A stretch of 64,000 bases of DNA, from the NCBI GenBank assembly GCA_005223125.1, contig NJBH01000005.1, positions 1 through 64,000 on the forward strand, in the 5' to 3' direction. The position numbers were made by a program, and so were the translations under genes. This document shows positions 61,087 through 64,000 of the stretch, one piece after another. The DNA is from Promethearchaeota archaeon Loki_b32 (GTDB lineage: Archaea > Asgardarchaeota > Lokiarchaeia > Sigyniarchaeales > SOKP01). The notes under the pieces were generated by a model that searched no databases, was not told the DNA's origin, and saw nothing but the letters and a program-made list of their open reading frames with translations. Numbering within the stretch: position 1 is the stretch's first letter; each line of letters begins with the position of its first letter.

Positions 61087-61640
61087 TTCAATATTTAGAT
61101 TGATAATCTTGTTAATTTTCTGTTATATAATCCTTTCCAATTTAATAAATTATTTATAGAAAAAGGTAGGTATCCATTCTTAAAAAAACAAACTAAAAAG
61201 AGATTAAAAAAATTGAAAATAGCGATATCTTAAACCAGCTTCATAAGCTAAATGGTTGCCAATTTTTCCGTTGCTATATTCAATCTTGGCACTATAACTC
61301 ACCGTTTTTATCACCAGTTTAAAAATTTAAAATATCTCACGGTTTTATGATAATCATGCGTTTCATACCATACTATATTAGGCGCATCGGCTTGGTTTAT
61401 AGAGACATTGATGATTATCTGTGCCTTTATGAACGGTGATGGTTGCATATCTATTTCTCTTTGGAGAAGTGGGTAACCTGCCAATAAATATTTATTCTAG
61501 TGTCAATCTCCTATATCAAATAAAAAATATAACATTGAATAAAGAGAATTTAGAAGTTTAGAAAATAATCAAGCAATTTCGGTTAGGATGCTTATAATTT
61601 ACCATCCATAATCCAACAGAAATAAGGTTCTTTACTCTCT

Positions 61641-61787
61641 TTAAAACGGTAACACGAACAGTATAAGATAGAAAAATACAGAAATAACAATAAAAGCTGC
61701 TAGCCATGAATGAATACTATCTAACCGTTTATTTATCTTCATTAATTCATTAACAATATTATCCTTTGAATCTTGAATTTCACCCAT
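61641..61787 (-). CDS. 48-aa tail-anchored membrane peptide (not in ORF track)
   Basis: AGGAGG SD (61800-61795), MGEIQDSKDNIVNELMKINKRLDSIHSWLAAFIVISVFFYLILFVLPF. Confidence 0.7.
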   Translation of the reverse strand: MGEIQDSKDNIVNELMKINKRLDSIHSWLAAFIVISVFFYLILFVLPF

Positions 61788-61941
61788 TTCAATCCCTCCT
61801 ATCAATTTAATTTATAATTATTATATTTTAGGAAACAAGCTCTTATAAATCTTTTTTTAAAACAATAACACGAAAATAATAAAAAAATTTGTAATATTAG
61901 GAATCCAAACACACATTTATATAAAATTTACTACTTATTGA

Positions 61942-63061
<1,120 letters not shown>

Positions 63062-63166
63062 GTGTTAATTTTATTTAATTTCTAGGAGTTTATCTTCAAA
63101 ATATACTGGAAATGATTAATAATTTCAGTTTTTATTAATAGGAGTTAATGAGAAAAAAATCTAAAC

Positions 63167-64000
63167 TTAACGATTAATATACTTCACTTTAAAGGAACTT
63201 AATTTTCCATCTTTTACTATTATTTCTCTATACCCTCCTGCAGTCTCGGGATGTCTATAACTACCTAATCCTAATGCAGGGGTCTGAACGACAAAAGGTC
63301 CATTCTCCCTAATCTGCTTTGCATTAGTAAACATTTCAGAATATTCATCATAGTATATAGCAGCAGGATTTTCGATTTTTTTTAGTCTAAATGGAGGTGC
63401 ATCATAAACACTGGATTTTGTCTCAGTATCTTCTAATCTAAACTCTTTTGAATCGTGTGTATGACCCGCAAGGGTGAGAATACAATAATTTTTACAGAAT
63501 TCAACAAGTTTTTCCCAATTTGATGAAACTGATCCATATTTCATATTAAATACACCATCAATACGTGCTGCTGATACTGGCTTCCCTAATTTTTTAATTA
63601 ATGATTCTTTAAACTCACTCATCCTTTGTTTAATAAATCGACTTCCTTTTTTTTCAAATATATTAATACTAAATTTTGAGCCTCCTGTGTTTAAAGGTGG
63701 TCCATGTAAAAAAAGGTAAGTGTTAATGTCGTCTTTAATTACGTTATTTATTAGATTTTCTAAATATTTGATTTGTTTATATGAAACACCTGTCACAGAG
63801 GGATGTCCAGTTAACAAATCCCTTAGATTTTTAAAGGAATCCGATCCTGTGTTTAGAATAATAAATAAGTTATCACCTAACATTATAGAGAAATCTAATG
63901 ACGGATTTACTTCTGATAAATACCCTTTTAAGGCAAGTGAAGTTTTAGTTAAAGCAGTAATTGGTGAAGCGGAAAATAATTTATTTAATGCTATTGCTTC
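63167..64000 (-). CDS. Metallophosphoesterase, C-terminal part (5'-truncated by window edge)
   Basis: LNTG, FLHGPP, LAGHTH, TPALG. The frame is open to position 64000. Confidence 0.75.
   Translation of the reverse strand, partial: EAIALNKLFSASPITALTKTSLALKGYLSEVNPSLDFSIMLGDNLFIILNTGSDSFKNLRDLLTGHPSVTGVSYKQIKYLENLINNVIKDDINTYLFLHGPPLNTGGSKFSINIFEKKGSRFIKQRMSEFKESLIKKLGKPVSAARIDGVFNMKYGSVSSNWEKLVEFCKNYCILTLAGHTHDSKEFRLEDTETKSSVYDAPPFRLKKIENPAAIYYDEYSEMFTNAKQIRENGPFVVQTPALGLGSYRHPETAGGYREIIVKDGKLSSFKVKYINR

Overview
A very AT-rich, gene-dense archaeal window, almost certainly from an Asgard (Lokiarchaeia-like) genome. This rests on three stand-alone Rab-like small GTPases, a Roadblock-Rab fusion, TPR-longin proteins, a stand-alone longin, tandem-wHTH-TPR proteins, multi-PAS histidine kinases and an archaeal-type LeuRS. 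Metabolic genes include a GH20 hexosaminidase, GMP synthase B subunit, pirin, amidohydrolase, an AbfD-like dehydratase, PepF, a thiolase-fold protein, a class III aminotransferase, acetoacetyl-CoA synthetase, an ADP-forming acyl-CoA synthetase alpha subunit and glycerate kinase. There is also a HEPN-MNT toxin-antitoxin pair and several pseudogenes or lesions. I saw no rRNA, tRNA, CRISPR array or transposase. The strongest new observation is a candidate ribosome-mediated attenuator upstream of leuS, absent from the ORF track: a TATA box, a 19-aa Leu-rich leader peptide (42002-42061, - strand), and a 15-bp stem that starts at the leader stop codon and loops out a U-rich tract. Other leads are a B12-radical SAM-SPASM enzyme with a small upstream candidate substrate, a locally amplified Rab/TPR-longin/wHTH-TPR cassette, a longin + BBS2/ITFG2-like propeller + beta-sandwich cluster, and apparent ATT/ATA/CTG start codons. 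The ORF track lists 3990..5177 as '+', but that protein reads from the - strand. All family calls are from motif recognition by eye; no searches were run.
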